The notes: a model not told the origin generated them from the sequence alone. Counted from the stretch's first letter, positions 26,063-38,894 are shown. The stretch: 64,000 bases of DNA from Nageia nagi (GCA_050084985.1 JBITNC010000001.1:80910001-80974000), one strand, 5' to 3'. Numbers and translations are program-made.

Positions 26063-27084
26063 GGGTGAAAGCAAGAAGTTGGGTCCACTTAAAGGGGAAG
26101 TGGGGAAAATCATCAAAGTTAAAATTCAATGTCAAAAAAATCAAGATCCTGATTTAGGTTCAAAATCCTAATAAATATCGATATCTTGATATTTAAAGCT
26201 AAAATACCTATAAATAATCTTCAATTTTACCTCATATTTAGGCTTGAAAAAGGCTTGGTGAGCCAATACTTAGCCTTAGACCTGCAAGTATATGGTAATT
26301 TTAATGGAAAATCTCAACTTCAAGCATATGTTTGATGGAGTTTTTGGTAGAATTTTTTTATGAAATTAAAGCCCACTATAGAATAAAGAGTTTAGATTTT
26401 AAATATATAATTTTTTTACAATTGGATAAGATTTTATATTTTTTAATTATTTTTTTAGTAAAAGTGGTTCATATACTTGAAATATGAGGGTCTCGTATTT
26501 TCTTAATAAGTTTTTTTTTTTTTTTGGGGGGCGGGGGGATTTATGAAAAATAAATTACATAGGGACAAAATTTATATAATTCTCTATAAGAATAAAAAAA
26601 AATTAAAAAATGATTGAGTTTCAATCAAATTATGATGGACGGCCTTGAGCACTTTTTGAAACCACAAACATGCTCAGTACAAAATTAATAAAAAATAAAT
26701 ATTGGTTCAAAAATTATGGAAAAATATCATAAAAAATATCCAATGTGTTAGGTATATTTTCCTAAAAGGATTTTAAAAAATACCTCAATTTTAGTCAAAT
26801 TATGGTCGACGAACACATGCATCATATGGTCCAAAAATGGTTTTTTTTAAAAAGTGATTTTTGTTCATCCTATTGAATTTTAAATTATATGATATGGGTA
26901 TTGGGAAAAATTATATATTTGGAAACTAGAATCTGAGAACTACATTTTCACTTTAGTGATCATTTTCATGATTCCATGTCTAAGTACTTCAAAGTTTGAG
27001 ATCAATCGTACCCAAATTTGAAAATCAAGGCAAACACTTTTAATTTTTGGCCTTAAAGTGGACCCAACTTCTTGCACCCATCCC
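26063..27084. mobile_element. Non-autonomous PIF/Harbinger-type element (1022 bp) in an intron of the SET gene
   Basis: TIRs GGG..GCAAGAAGTTGGGTCCACTT / AAGTGGACCCAACTTCTTGC..CCC; TTA TSD at 26060-62 and 27085-87; the empty site is visible in CACTA copy 1 near 6932. Confidence 0.9.
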
Positions 27085-27129
27085 TTACATTTCTACATTA
27101 TATGTAATAATATTTATCTTACCTCATCC

Positions 27130-27495
27130 TCATCTAATGAAACATCACTCCTCATAGGACATGTAGAAAATAACTCAAGCTCTGAATCAGATGACACATC
27201 ACTCCTTGGCCTCCTAATAACTGGTGCAAGAAACTCTAAATTAGATGACACATCACTCCTTGGCTTCCTAGTACCTAGTGTAGGAAAATACTCTAAATCA
27301 AACGAAACATCATTCCTTGACCTATTAGTAACTAGTGCAAGAAACTCTAAATCATATGAGACATCACTCCTCAACCTCCTAGTAATTGGTGCACTAGGAA
27401 ACTCATGAATCAAATGACACCACTCCTAAAAACTCCTTGACACTGAGGTAGTGGCATCTGAATATGTGAATCTCATGACACATCACTTCTCCCAT
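27130..27495 (-). repeat. Coding tandem repeat (54-57 bp units, RSDVS.. peptide) in the first coding exon of the SET gene
   Basis: Repeated gacacatcactcct on +; ORF 27114-27413. Confidence 0.85.
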
Positions 27496-28449
27496 GCCTT
27501 GGTGGCATGATATAAGCCAATTCACTAACCTATATTAAAATTTAAATAAAAAAAGAGATTAGTACAAGAATAGTAATAATCAGTAAATATTTCAATCTTA
27601 GATCAAATCAAAAATACAAGTAAAATTTTTACTTTTAGAATTAGAATTATTAAATAAGTAAAACTTTTTCAAATACAAATATAAAATGGTGGTATATACT
27701 CTACACAATAGAGGATAAATCATCAATCATATGCAACATGGGCCCAATTTCCCATCTAAAGTTAGAAGCCATTTCCCCTCCTTAATGATCATGCTAATGG
27801 TGATAGTGGGAATGTTTGAAAAGTCATGCTAGTTGGGCCTATCCCTCAATGTATAATTAAAATATATCCTTAAATGGGTGACCTCCCTAATCACCTTTTA
27901 GGTTTGTAGTAAAATATCAATAAACTACTCTCATTATATCATGATAGTCAAATTTATTAGGATTAGATTCATTTAAAAGTGTCTTATCTAGCCTCACTTG
28001 GTCAGGGGGCCATAAGGTTTTAAAAAGTAACTCCCCAATTTCATTAGATGAATGGAGAAATGCCCAAAATTTATTAAAAGTATCTATCATAAGGAGGTAG
28101 GAAGAGAGCCACCAATCGCCAAACTTAGGCTTATAATAACTATGAATTGGAGTGTTAGGATACCATTTCCAATCATTTGGTTATAGTTTTTAGAATAAAA
28201 TATCAATATTTTATTGTAAGTACTCATGAAGAGGGAAATGTTCTTTTAGATCCTTAAAATACTCTTTATTTATGTTGGTATCTCAAATTGTATATTAGGA
28301 TTGTATGGACCTTAGGAAGCATGATTGTATCTTAGGATCATACATATCACTCCTAGATGCCCTAATTGCATTATTTCTATCAAGGAAGGCCAACCTCCCT
28401 CTTGGGGCTCACAATAATCGTTGAAATTATTTCTATTAAGGAAGGCCAA

Positions 28450-28662
28450 CTAACCCTAACAACTAAGTACCCTAACTACTAACCCTAACTAGTAACTCTA
28501 ACCCTAACACTAACCCTAACAATAACCCTAATGTTAATTGCTAACCTTAACACTAAAACTAACCCTAACCCTAACTTTAACTGCTAATCCTAACCCAAAC
28601 CCTAGCAACAACCCTAACCCAATTGCTAATTGCTAACCCAAACCGTCATCGCTAACCCAAAC
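28450..28662 (-). repeat. Degenerate telomere-like array (CCCTAA on +) upstream of the SET gene in CACTA copy 2
   Basis: taaccctaac variants. Confidence 0.88.
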
Positions 28663-29564
28663 AATAATGATTTTAACTTAATTTTTTTCTTTGAAAAAAG
28701 GTATTTTTGGACTCAAAAAGAGATGAAATTTAGGACACAAAAAAGGACATAAAAAGGGACACAAATTGCACCCCTTTTAATGTCAAATTACATTAACGAT
28801 TCATAAAATAAAAAAAGGGCCGCTTGTCACTTTCTAGAAGGTTGTTTCTTGGCTAAAGAGTATACAAACTTGAGATTTTCATAAGAGAGAATCAAGTAAG
28901 TGGTTTCTAGCCCATTTCACTCAAATCTTACTTGTTTTTTACCTCATTTCACTTGATTTTAACCTTTTTTTCTAAATTGCTTGGCATGTTTACTCATAGG
29001 GTTTTGCATTTTATCGAAGAAGAAAGGGTTTCTAGCAAATTTCTCTTCATTATCCTACATTTGCATAAGGTATGTAAATTTTTACTTACATGTTTCAATT
29101 CCCATGAATTTACACTACAAATGCTAGGTTTTTTTGAATTTTACATGATTTGTTACTAGAAATTATCAATAATGCATCCTAAAATTAGAAAGTAATTCCA
29201 TATGCTAAGGTTTTTACAATTCACCATGAATTTTTAGTTGAATTTATCAACAAATCACCATGAAATCAGAAACTAAACCATTCCTTCTCAGCAATGGACC
29301 AAAAATATTAAAATTAAAATTATTCCTTCTCAACAACGTACCATAAAATTGAAAATGCACCAAGCAATTGAAACAAATTCTTTAAATTGCACCATAAATT
29401 GAAATGCTGGCAAAAATAGGGACATACGTATAAAATTCTCAACTTTAGAACACATCCTTATTCTCCAAAAACCTGATTTTTGCTACCAATTTCCTAAACT
29501 CCTCTTATGCTCCAAAAACTTGCTTCTTAAACTAAGAATTTCATAAAAATTGCTTTATATAAAT

Positions 29565-29750
29565 TATATTTAGTAAATTTGACATTAATTTAGTAAATTT
29601 AGTAAATGTAAATTTCATTTAATAAATTAAATATAATTTAGTAAATTTAATAATAACTCCCTTAATTCCTTAATTTTAGTAAATTTAGTAATAACTCCCT
29701 TAATTCCTTATATTTAGTAAATTTTGAAATAAATCCCTTAATTCCTTATG
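29565..29750. repeat. AT-rich short tandem repeats (ttagtaaattt / cccttaattcctta)
   Basis: Direct inspection. Confidence 0.7.
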
Positions 29751-29829
29751 TATTTCATTAGTTTGGTTGTCTTGATTAAATATACCTATTGTTTAGGAAT
29801 TAATTACTTCAATATCTCTAATTAGAATC

Positions 29830-30115
29830 ATGCACATTAAGTTCTATTTCCTTCCTTCATCTATGATTTTCATATAAAGTTTGGTAAAGTCCAAACCATG
29901 GGTCGTAGGGTTCACAACCATTGTGCTCCTAACATAACATCACATACTCTTATTCAAATAGCCATAGTGTCTAATTATGATGTATAATATCCAATAGTTA
30001 TTCTAATTTTATGAATCTTCTCATGACATTATATTTTTCATCCATTTACTGCTATGATTTCATAAGCATTGCTAGGGTAAATATAAGTATCCACCCTCTT
30101 TTCTATCCTTTAATT
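29830..30115 (-). pseudogene. Gypsy aspartic-protease fragment
   Basis: CHEKIHKIRITIG..CDVMLGAQWL*TL. Confidence 0.65.
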
Positions 30116-31321
30116 GAATGAAATTGTCATCTTCATTATTTTGTAGATTAAATTTATTGTTATATATAACATGCATTAATATTTTGGATCCTTATTTCTC
30201 CTCTTTCTCTTTTTTCTTTGCACTAGATATGGGTTCCTCTTATGGTGGTTCTATTCCATCTATTAAGCATCCAAATAGTATTCCTAAAGACAACTTCTTT
30301 AGCAGCTTTTGTCTTAGCTACTCCACTCAAGGATCTTTCCTGGGGCACCCAAGTCAAAAGGGGGGCAACACAAGGTCCCTCAACATCAACCATTCATCTT
30401 CAGTAAAAGATAGCATTAGCAAAAAGATCAAAAAAATTTCTTCTATATCTTGGCTTCATTTCTTCTTTGGACATGTAATTTCATTACTTCAATCACACAT
30501 CCAAAGAGGAGCAAATGTAGATGCCTCAAAATGAACCTTTATGTATTTAATAAATCATTTTAATCCCTTAACAATGTATTATTTGAAAAGGGATTTATAA
30601 TGTATAAAAGAGATGTAGGCTATATATTTGACCCTTGTGAATTAGAAAAGCATTATTTTTAAAAAAAATTAAACCTAATGTGTTAACCCTAATTTGTTTT
30701 GCACAAACCTAGCCCTAAATCTTTTCATGATGACATTGGTTTTCATGTTCTTTGGACTTGGTAGGAGAACATCTTTGGCCAAAACTAAGAAGGGACACCA
30801 AGTTTAAGGTAGTATAGAAATCTCCATTGTATATGCTTCTAAGGAGGATAAAGTGAAAGCTATTGGAAGATTGTAATGATTATATCAGATGTTGAGATGA
30901 TGTATATGCAACTCATCATTTCAAGATTTACAATTTTTTTGGAATAAAATAGTGGGCAAGGTTGTTGTTTTGGGTGATGGTTATTGTTGGGAGGAAGATA
31001 GAAGAATACTCATGTTGGTAAGAAGATTTAGTATTTGGTACATGAATTTCTAATGCAAGTCTTTATATTCTAAAATTTAGATTTAAAATATAGATTATTT
31101 TATGTCTATATGTTGAAATTTTTGTAAGGGTTTTGATGGATTCTCTTGTTATTTTGAGTACTAAGTTGTTTGGTTATAGCAGACATAGAGTATTGTAGAA
31201 TCTTGCATGATCGTTTGAATTTTGATTTCATAGTTTTCATTGTTACTATGCATATTTTTTCCATTTTTTAGTTTTCTTATTAGTTTTGTAAGATATTTGT
31301 CCTAAACTTAAATGTTTCAAA

Positions 31322-31743
31322 TCCTTAACCTTTAAACCCTAATTGTAACCCTTAAAACCTAACCCCTAATCCCTAACCCTTAAACCCTCACTATAATCCT
31401 TAACCCTTAAGCCCTAACCCCACACCCTAACCCAAAGCCTTAATCCCTAACCCAAACCATAACCCTAACTGTAACTATAACCCTAACCCTAATTATAACC
31501 ATAACCATAACTATAACCCCTAAATGATAACCATAACCCCAAAACCTTAACCCTTAAACCCTAACTATAACTTATAAAACTTATCTCCTAAACCCTAACA
31601 CCAAACCCTAACCCTAACCCCAAACCCTAACCTCAAATCCTAACCCCTTACCCAAATATAGACCCCTAACCCTTAACTATAACCCTTAACCCAAACCCTA
31701 ACCCTTACCCTAATCCCTTATCCAAACCCCTAACCAAAACCCT
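31322..31743 (-). repeat. Degenerate telomere-like array (CCCTAA on +)
   Basis: aaccctaaccc variants. Confidence 0.9.
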
Positions 31744-31879
31744 TATTCTTCTAAAGAGGGCGCTCATGTTGCGAGCATTTGTGGATCCCATCTGGTATGG
31801 AAGCTCGAAATTAGGAGGTGATACAACGATTCACTAGCGATTGTTGGGTGCATGTAACGATATGCTATTGTAGGAGCAT

Positions 31880-32760
31880 GTTCCCTTAATTTTCTACCAT
31901 GACTTGAAAATTATTGCTATTATAGATAATATAGTTCATCCTCTTTTATAATCCAAGGTTGATGAAGTTTTGTGATACTTATATGTAAGAGCATAAGCAC
32001 TTTGTTTCCTTTGATACAATTGATAGCCTTTATAGTTTTCAAAGGTGTGATTCCTACCAAAGCATGTACAAAAATCTCAAGGACATCCTAAGGAGGTTCT
32101 TGCTCTACTTCAAACTATATTTTTGTTTCCTCATTAGTTGGTTTACAAAACGGATGGACTTCAACATTGAGTAAATATATTTATTTTTCCTTACATTTAT
32201 GACCTAATTATATTTTTTCATAATAATTTTAATAGTCCTTTGGTCCTCCATGCTTCTATTTTTTTAAGTTATACTTGCCTTACTACTTACAGTTTAAGAG
32301 TGATTGAAAAGGGCTATGCATACTACTTGTGAAGTGTCAATTATTAATTAGATTTTTGGTCCCTAGTGAAGCCTACTACTTTCATCAAAGTTTTAGGGTT
32401 GAAAAGTTGCAGCTTGACCTTGATATCCTCTAAAATATTAGGTTCCTTATAAGATTAGCTAGCTTTTTCAAAACCATGAGGTAGTCTTTAACTATAACTA
32501 TTTGTCATAATTTTGTCAAAGCATTAGTGAAGTCCTCAAATTCACATTGTTCAAATTATGTGAGTATTTTATCTATGAATTGAGTCTAACATAATGTCAG
32601 ATGCATATTTCACAACCATTAGTACCAATGGTTAGCTTAATATTCAAAGTACAATACCACCAAATAGACATGTTGGTTATATTGAGTTTGATGGAGTTTA
32701 AAATATTATCCAACTTTGAGGGTTTATGCCATCAAATCTTGGAAATTCTATTTTAGTAAT
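31880..32760 (-). pseudogene. Gypsy gag-protease remnant
   Basis: YFKLHQTQ..ANHWY*W, ALTKL*Q..VKDY, EDIKVKLQLFNPKTL, GHKCKEK, HALVGITPLKTIK..KVLML. Confidence 0.7.
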
Positions 32761-35700
32761 TTGGTTATGTTTGTTGAGGAATTTTCATTAACATAATTAT
32801 CTTTTCCTCTATGCAATTCAACTTCTTCATATTTGGTACTCATGTTTTTCTTGAGGGTAGATCCTTAATGTGCCAAATTGTCCAAAGCAACTTGAAAGCC
32901 ACTAATTGTGTCAACTGTACAAGTTAGTTTATAATTAATGGTGGTGACTTGAGATAGTTATTCCTTGATTTGTTACAAGTAAGTTTTCTTTCTTATTTCA
33001 AGAGGCACACCCTCAATTTATTTATTTTTAATCTAAAATAAAGTTCTTAATGACGTATACTATAATTATCATCTTGTATAAAGGATTATGATGGGATAGG
33101 TATCTCATAAGGAAAATCAGATTCATTGAAAAATATTACCATTACCTTATATCAAAATGATTAATTTTTCAAGAGGATCGCAATGGGGTATGTTGTTAAT
33201 AAGTACATTTTGAACTATTATGTTATTTTTTACTCTTAGTTTTTCACATGTTTACATAAAAAGATTGATTTAAGATTATGCACTTTTTGCAATGCTTTGA
33301 TATACATAAAAATCAATAAATAGTACTTTTCCCAATATTTTAGGGTATTAGCCAAGAAGAAAAGTTCTTTCTCTTAGTAGGGGTCTATCTCAAGAGGTGG
33401 GTTGTGAATAATGTATCATCTATTGGGAGTAAGGGTGACACTTGGTATTTTGGGAGTAAGCCCAAACTTGCAATTAGTACCTAAGGGGGTCTTGTGATAA
33501 TATATCATGAGAATTGTTACCTCATTAATTTATGCTATGGAAACTTGAATCTAGATCCAAGTTGGTGGAGAGATCATGCTTCATGTGTGCAAGTAGTCAC
33601 TAGATTTTGTTCCTACGATGAAGAGTTCCAATGTGGCAAGGAAAGGAATTTAGGAGCATGTGGGAGCAATCATGGAAAGGGAAGGGAAGGTCAAATCACC
33701 TCTTTGGAAAGGTTTTTCCCTTTTTAGCATTGTACTACCTCAACAATATGTAGTCACTTTAGAAAGAAATTAAGGAGAGTGCAATTTTATTTGGGGAGTT
33801 TGCAAAATGAGGCTTCATGGACACCAATGGGTTGTAAAATGACCTTTTGGACCATAAGGACTTATGTCCAGAGCCTCTAAATATTTTAGTGAGATATGAT
33901 ATGAAGGATTACCTATAGAAGGTAGGCTATTGAGACTTCTTGAGCCTGTTTGAAGGATTCATCCTGGAGGTAAAGAACTAGTCGGCATGGAGTAGGAGGG
34001 ATGGAAAGATGACAATAGGCTCCTTTAGTTTTGAAACTACCCCAACTCTTATTATGGAGATCTTCGAGCTTGTAGATGATGGTGTTAAAATCTAAAAGGA
34101 TAAACACCATTTAGCTATGGAGTTGGATTTTTTCACAAAAGGATAGAACCAAGGTGGGAGGGTAACTCAATTCTGAGGGAATCATTGCCCCAATCATGGT
34201 TGAAGGTGGTAGGAATAATGATGAACTATTTTACTTTGGATGCCAAAACTTCCTAGCTGAGTGGATACCATCTTGTTATCCTCAACATGTGTTGGGGGAA
34301 GAGAATCAACATTCCCCATTTAAGTTCAATGAATTCGAAAGAGTTCTTGGTGGTGTGCAAACATGCAATGTGCTCATTGGGATGGTCTGGTGACCCTAAA
34401 GACTTGAAACCTTTTTAAAAAATATAAAAGAAGTGACTCCTAGAATAGTTGCACTCCATACTTACACCAATCAAGAAAGAAAATAAGAGGGCTCTGAAGG
34501 AGGATATCAAGAAGTTGAATTCAATAAGGAATAGTAAACTTTGTAAGAAGTCTACCAAAATGGTAGTGGAGGTTGAGGAAGGGTCGGAGATGATCTTGAT
34601 GACCAGTATGGAGAACTTGATGGAGGAAAGCTCCAAGAAGGACATGGACAAGAAAAAATAACTGGGGAGATTCAAGATGTTGTAGGAGCTACAATACAAG
34701 CTCTCGTGAAATTGGGCATGAGTTTTGAAAAACTCAAGAACTAGACATTCCTGAAAGCGACCAAGCAACTGGAAAAGATAAATACTATGGTCGAAGGAGG
34801 CTTGAGTGAGTAATATTTATGTGTATTTTTTTCAATTAAGTTTAAGCTATATGCAATAGTATTTTTTTGTTGAAACATGAAGTAGAAGGAAGGTAGGACC
34901 TTCCTACTTTAATATGTTGAGTACAATAGTGACATGTTTTAAACATTCAAATTTTTTGTTGATATGTAAAGGTTTTTGGATCCTTAAAATCCACTTGCCA
35001 ACTTAATAAAAAATATTTGCTCTTAGTCATATTATCCATATTTTCTCAAGTATATGAAAATCTTCTCAAGAGTTGTTCCTCATGCATGGTAAAAATGACA
35101 AGGTTGCTAGGTTTTCTATGATTGTGTTTCAAAAAAGCTTCTAATGATTCTCTCAATACATAAACAATATGGGAGCTCAATCCATTTACAATTTATATCT
35201 ACAGCCTAGATATTGATGCATATTTTTTTGTCTCACTTTAAACATAGCTCTAAAAATAAGTATAATATTTTTTTTACATAAATTCAATCCTTGACATGAG
35301 CTATGAAACCAAATATGATTGATGTGTTAACCATAAAGCCTCAAATATCTAGGGATTTTGACCATGTGATCAATGTATTTACCTTTGAAAGATTTGGTAT
35401 GGACCTACATGGACATTAGGAACCTAACTATGAAAAACTTCTAACACAAAAAGATAAAGATGATAAACAAAAATAGATGCTTCTCTTGTATATCATATGT
35501 CATTTTGAGGGGATGAATTTCCAAAATGAGTAAACTCAATGCAAATTATATACTAACTTATTAATGGCCTTATATAAGACAAATATCTAAGGTAGCATAT
35601 TTTCTTACACATTTTCCTACATGTCCCCTCTATTGCCTTACATATTATTTTATATCATATAATTATATTTCACCTAAAGTACTTTACAATATAATATGAC

Positions 35701-36351
35701 ATGTATTATATCCCTTATAATAGTGAGTTACATGTGCTCATGAGAATATTCCCTTGCAAATATTAATAACATGTGACAAAAAGAAAATCCATAATTATTC
35801 CATTATCTTGGATAAAAACAAAAGCATGCATCCCTTCATCCTCCCCACCATGTTGGAGCAAGCCTAAAGATGCTAGAGGAAGCGTAGCTAGGGCTCGCAA
35901 GCCCACCTAGAATGTAGACATGGTGATTGACACCACTCGTCATCCCACCCCACTCAATCCTCTAGTTGGAGAGCCTAAGGGTAGTCCAATAATGAGTAAA
36001 ATGACCAATTTCCTCAACTTAGTCTTACCATCTTCCCAAGGATGAATGTGGAAGACTACGTAGCAAATCCTATCAGTGAAGGTGCCAACTCTAGTTAGGA
36101 TCCTCTTTCAAATATACATAATCCACCCGTGGTTGGGATGAGCCCTTAAATTGAGACCCGCCACCTCTTTTTGGATCTATAACAAAGAGAATAATATTTA
36201 CCTTATATTTGTTGATATGATGTTGATCTTAACTTGAAAGTTGACATTTTGTTGATGCAAGGAAAATCATTGGGAAGGATTTTATAGAAATTTTTTTGGT
36301 TGGGGAACAATTTTATAGAGAAAATTGTTTCTTGAATTTGGTTTCTATTTA

Positions 36352-36969
36352 GGGAAAATTACAAAAATACCCCTATAATTTACCATAATTATGAAAATAC
36401 CTCTATTTTTTCAATAATTGCAAAAATACCCATCACCTTTTTAAAAATATTAAAATAGGAATTTCGATGAGGGTTCACTATCAATCAAAGGCATCAATTA
36501 CTCCTCTTCTTCACCCCCTTCAACGCGAGATGGCATGAGTCGTTAATAACAGATTCAAGTTTGATGATGAAGTGCATATAATCAATATCCCTAATGGTGA
36601 TTTTGTTTCAAAGCTTCCTATACAGTCTCAGAATACGACAATCGTTATAGATTTAGAGCCTAAGGATCTGAGGATTCACCAAGTGGTGAGAATCTTGGGG
36701 AAAATGTATCTGTGTATTTGAATTTGCAGCTGATTTTATCAAGATCACATTACGAAGCTAAAGCAAATTTGTTGAAAGGGGTGAAGAAAAAGCGTTGAAG
36801 GGGGTGAAGAGAAAGGAGTAACCAATGCCTTCAATCAACCATGAACCCTTGCCGAAATTCTTATTTTAATATTTTTAAAAAGGTGGCAGGGGCATTTTCG
36901 TAATTATTTAAAAAGTAGAGGTATTTTTGTAATCATGGTAAATTATAGAGGTATTTTGGTAATTTTGCC
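36352..36969. mobile_element. Mutator-like (MULE) non-autonomous element with about 175-bp TIRs
   Basis: GGGAAAATTACAAAAATACC.. / ..GGTATTTTGGTAATTTTGCC; exact 9-bp TSD TTCTATTTA at 36343-51 and 36970-78. Confidence 0.93.
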
Positions 36970-38708
36970 TTCTATTTAAGCTATCTTGTTGTTTAGGCTT
37001 TCTTGGTTTATTTTACATTGATTCCACCAATGAAATGTGCTTCTAATGGAGAAAATGGCTTACCTCCTAAACTAGATGAATTCCGTGGTTTGCACAAATG
37101 AGAGGAAGGTTTCAAAGGATTAATGATGAATTTGGATGGATTTATAGCTGACATAACAAGTTCTAACCTAGATATGCAAAATCTATGGATTATAAATCAT
37201 GAAAATAATAAGCTTTTTGCATAAGAATGGCATAAAGGAGCTTAGACATACAAAATTGCATCATGTAAAAGGCTGCTGAAGGATCTTATTTATAGGCAAC
37301 CAAAAGTGGTGATCAAGAGAGAATAAGGTGACAAAATGCCTTCAATGGCCATGAGAACTACGAGGGTTATGTAGATGGAAGCATAAGGTACAAGAATGTT
37401 CTAAGATTCAATTCTATTCTGAATTTTGTTTTTGGAGTGAGTAGTTAGTGAATTTTGTATTTAACCTCTATTGGTTAATAAGTGTAGTTAATTTAGCATG
37501 TTAATTTTTCAATTGTTAAATGTAGGTGGTCAAATACGCTATAGTGTAGACAAGGTGTCTTTAGACTTTAAAGTTTATTCAATTTTAGAATCAGCATAGA
37601 TTGTTTTTTTTACAATGGTAGCAACAATTCGAATTTGATATATCTTTAGAACAAATTATTTGGTGAGAATATTATCTCTATTTTACATCAAATTATTTGG
37701 TTTGAGATTATATTTAGGAAAACAAAATTATAATTTTAATAATAATATACTTTTAGGTAAATATTCGTTAATAAGTGTTTATAATCCAATCTCTATAGTG
37801 TGTGTATAATTAAAGTTTATATTCAAGAATTTGAAGTACAATGTTAATAATTTAGATCTTTTTGCAAATTTTCTTTAACACAAAGTTCATATTAAAAGAT
37901 GAAAATCTTTATAGAACAAAAAATAATAAATATAATATTTTTGATGTTACGTCCATTCATTTAAAAAGAAAAATCATCATAATCGTTCTTTACATATTCA
38001 CTATAGTTATAACTTATATGATATTTGTCGTAGGTTATTTTTTATAATTGTAAATTAATTTTTTTATATTGCAGATAACCAACTTTAAGCCTCTTCTTGA
38101 TAATTTTTAATTTCCATCTTTATGGAATACAAATTTTTATAGTTGCAAATTAATTTTTTATATTGCATAACAGTTCTACTGTATTCAATAATTATGGAAT
38201 ACAAATATGAAAATGGAGATTGCTTAGCATGGGATGATGAGCATCATCCCATTTAAATAAGCAGGGATGTAATAATGTAAAAATATAATCCACAAATGTC
38301 TACTTAACCCTATGACAACTTTATCTAACAATGTTTATTCTTCACAAGCTATATTCCATATAGAGGCCACACTAGAGTTCATGAAAATACCAACACTACT
38401 GAAGTGAAAATCGCTTTTAAGCTTTAACAATCACGATGCTATTGTGGCATGAGAAGCTCATAAAACTCTGCTGTGGGACTTGGATGGTTTTGGATGAGTA
38501 GAGAAAATTATTGCTGTTAGAACTCACTTCACCTGGAAAATGCTACATTTTATTTCCAAAGGAAGATGTGAGAAGCAGGTTAGGTTAATTCATTAGAGCA
38601 TAAACCAAACAATAATGCTGAACTTTGTACAATTCACTGTTTACCATGAATTGCATTAAAATGAGTAATAATTTAATAACTCATAAACTACCATATGCAT
38701 TCCAAGTT

Positions 38709-38796
38709 TTAACGTTTTGCATCCCTAATCTTCTCAAGTTCTTTCTGACTTGCTTGGATGAGAGCTTTTGCCGCATCAAATGCAGTAAGACGAATG
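38709..38796 (-). CDS. TAAC: Thylakoid/envelope ADP,ATP (PAPS) carrier, last coding exon
   Basis: (S)IRLTAFDAAKALIQASQKELEKIRDAKR*; AG acceptor at 38797-98; phase matches the previous exon. Confidence 0.9.
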
Positions 38797-38894
38797 CTGT
38801 CAAATATCAAGACAATATATTGCTGATTAGTTCAGAGCAACAATGAGCTCTCTAACATACAGAGACAAACCATAGTATTTCATTGTCACTACAC

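Larger units (their letters stand above)
24993..27508 (-). pseudogene. SET-domain (lysine methyltransferase-like) gene carried by CACTA copy 2; exons about 27123-27508, 25928-25989 and 24993-25837
   Basis: YMIKPYKKCYG*SLF..LMPFCGPIY..LLYIDGQPKIHGNIAGYTNSY..PNCEF.. then, after one frameshift, YIVFVPIKTLNVGDELLVHYNY. These match the SET GxGLF, NxxxxxN(H)S..PNC and GEELxxxY motifs. Confidence 0.8.
19053..29760 (-). mobile_element. CACTA DNA transposon copy 2 (left end present, right end not found; right coordinate approximate)
   Basis: Left TIR tACTACCAAAAGGTTAATTTGCATC with GATGC/GCATC subterminal cluster. Carries TnpD, a SET gene and a telomere array in the same order as copy 1. Confidence 0.8.

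Noticed and set aside
27058-27408. Plus-strand ORF with ARNSK repeats as a histone-tail mimic
   Set aside because: It is the antisense frame of the SET gene's repeat exon and starts inside the MITE TIR; splice signals support the minus strand
33300-34815. Host gene or accessory ORF
   Set aside because: Short fragmented ORFs, probably retroelement debris; no motif I can support
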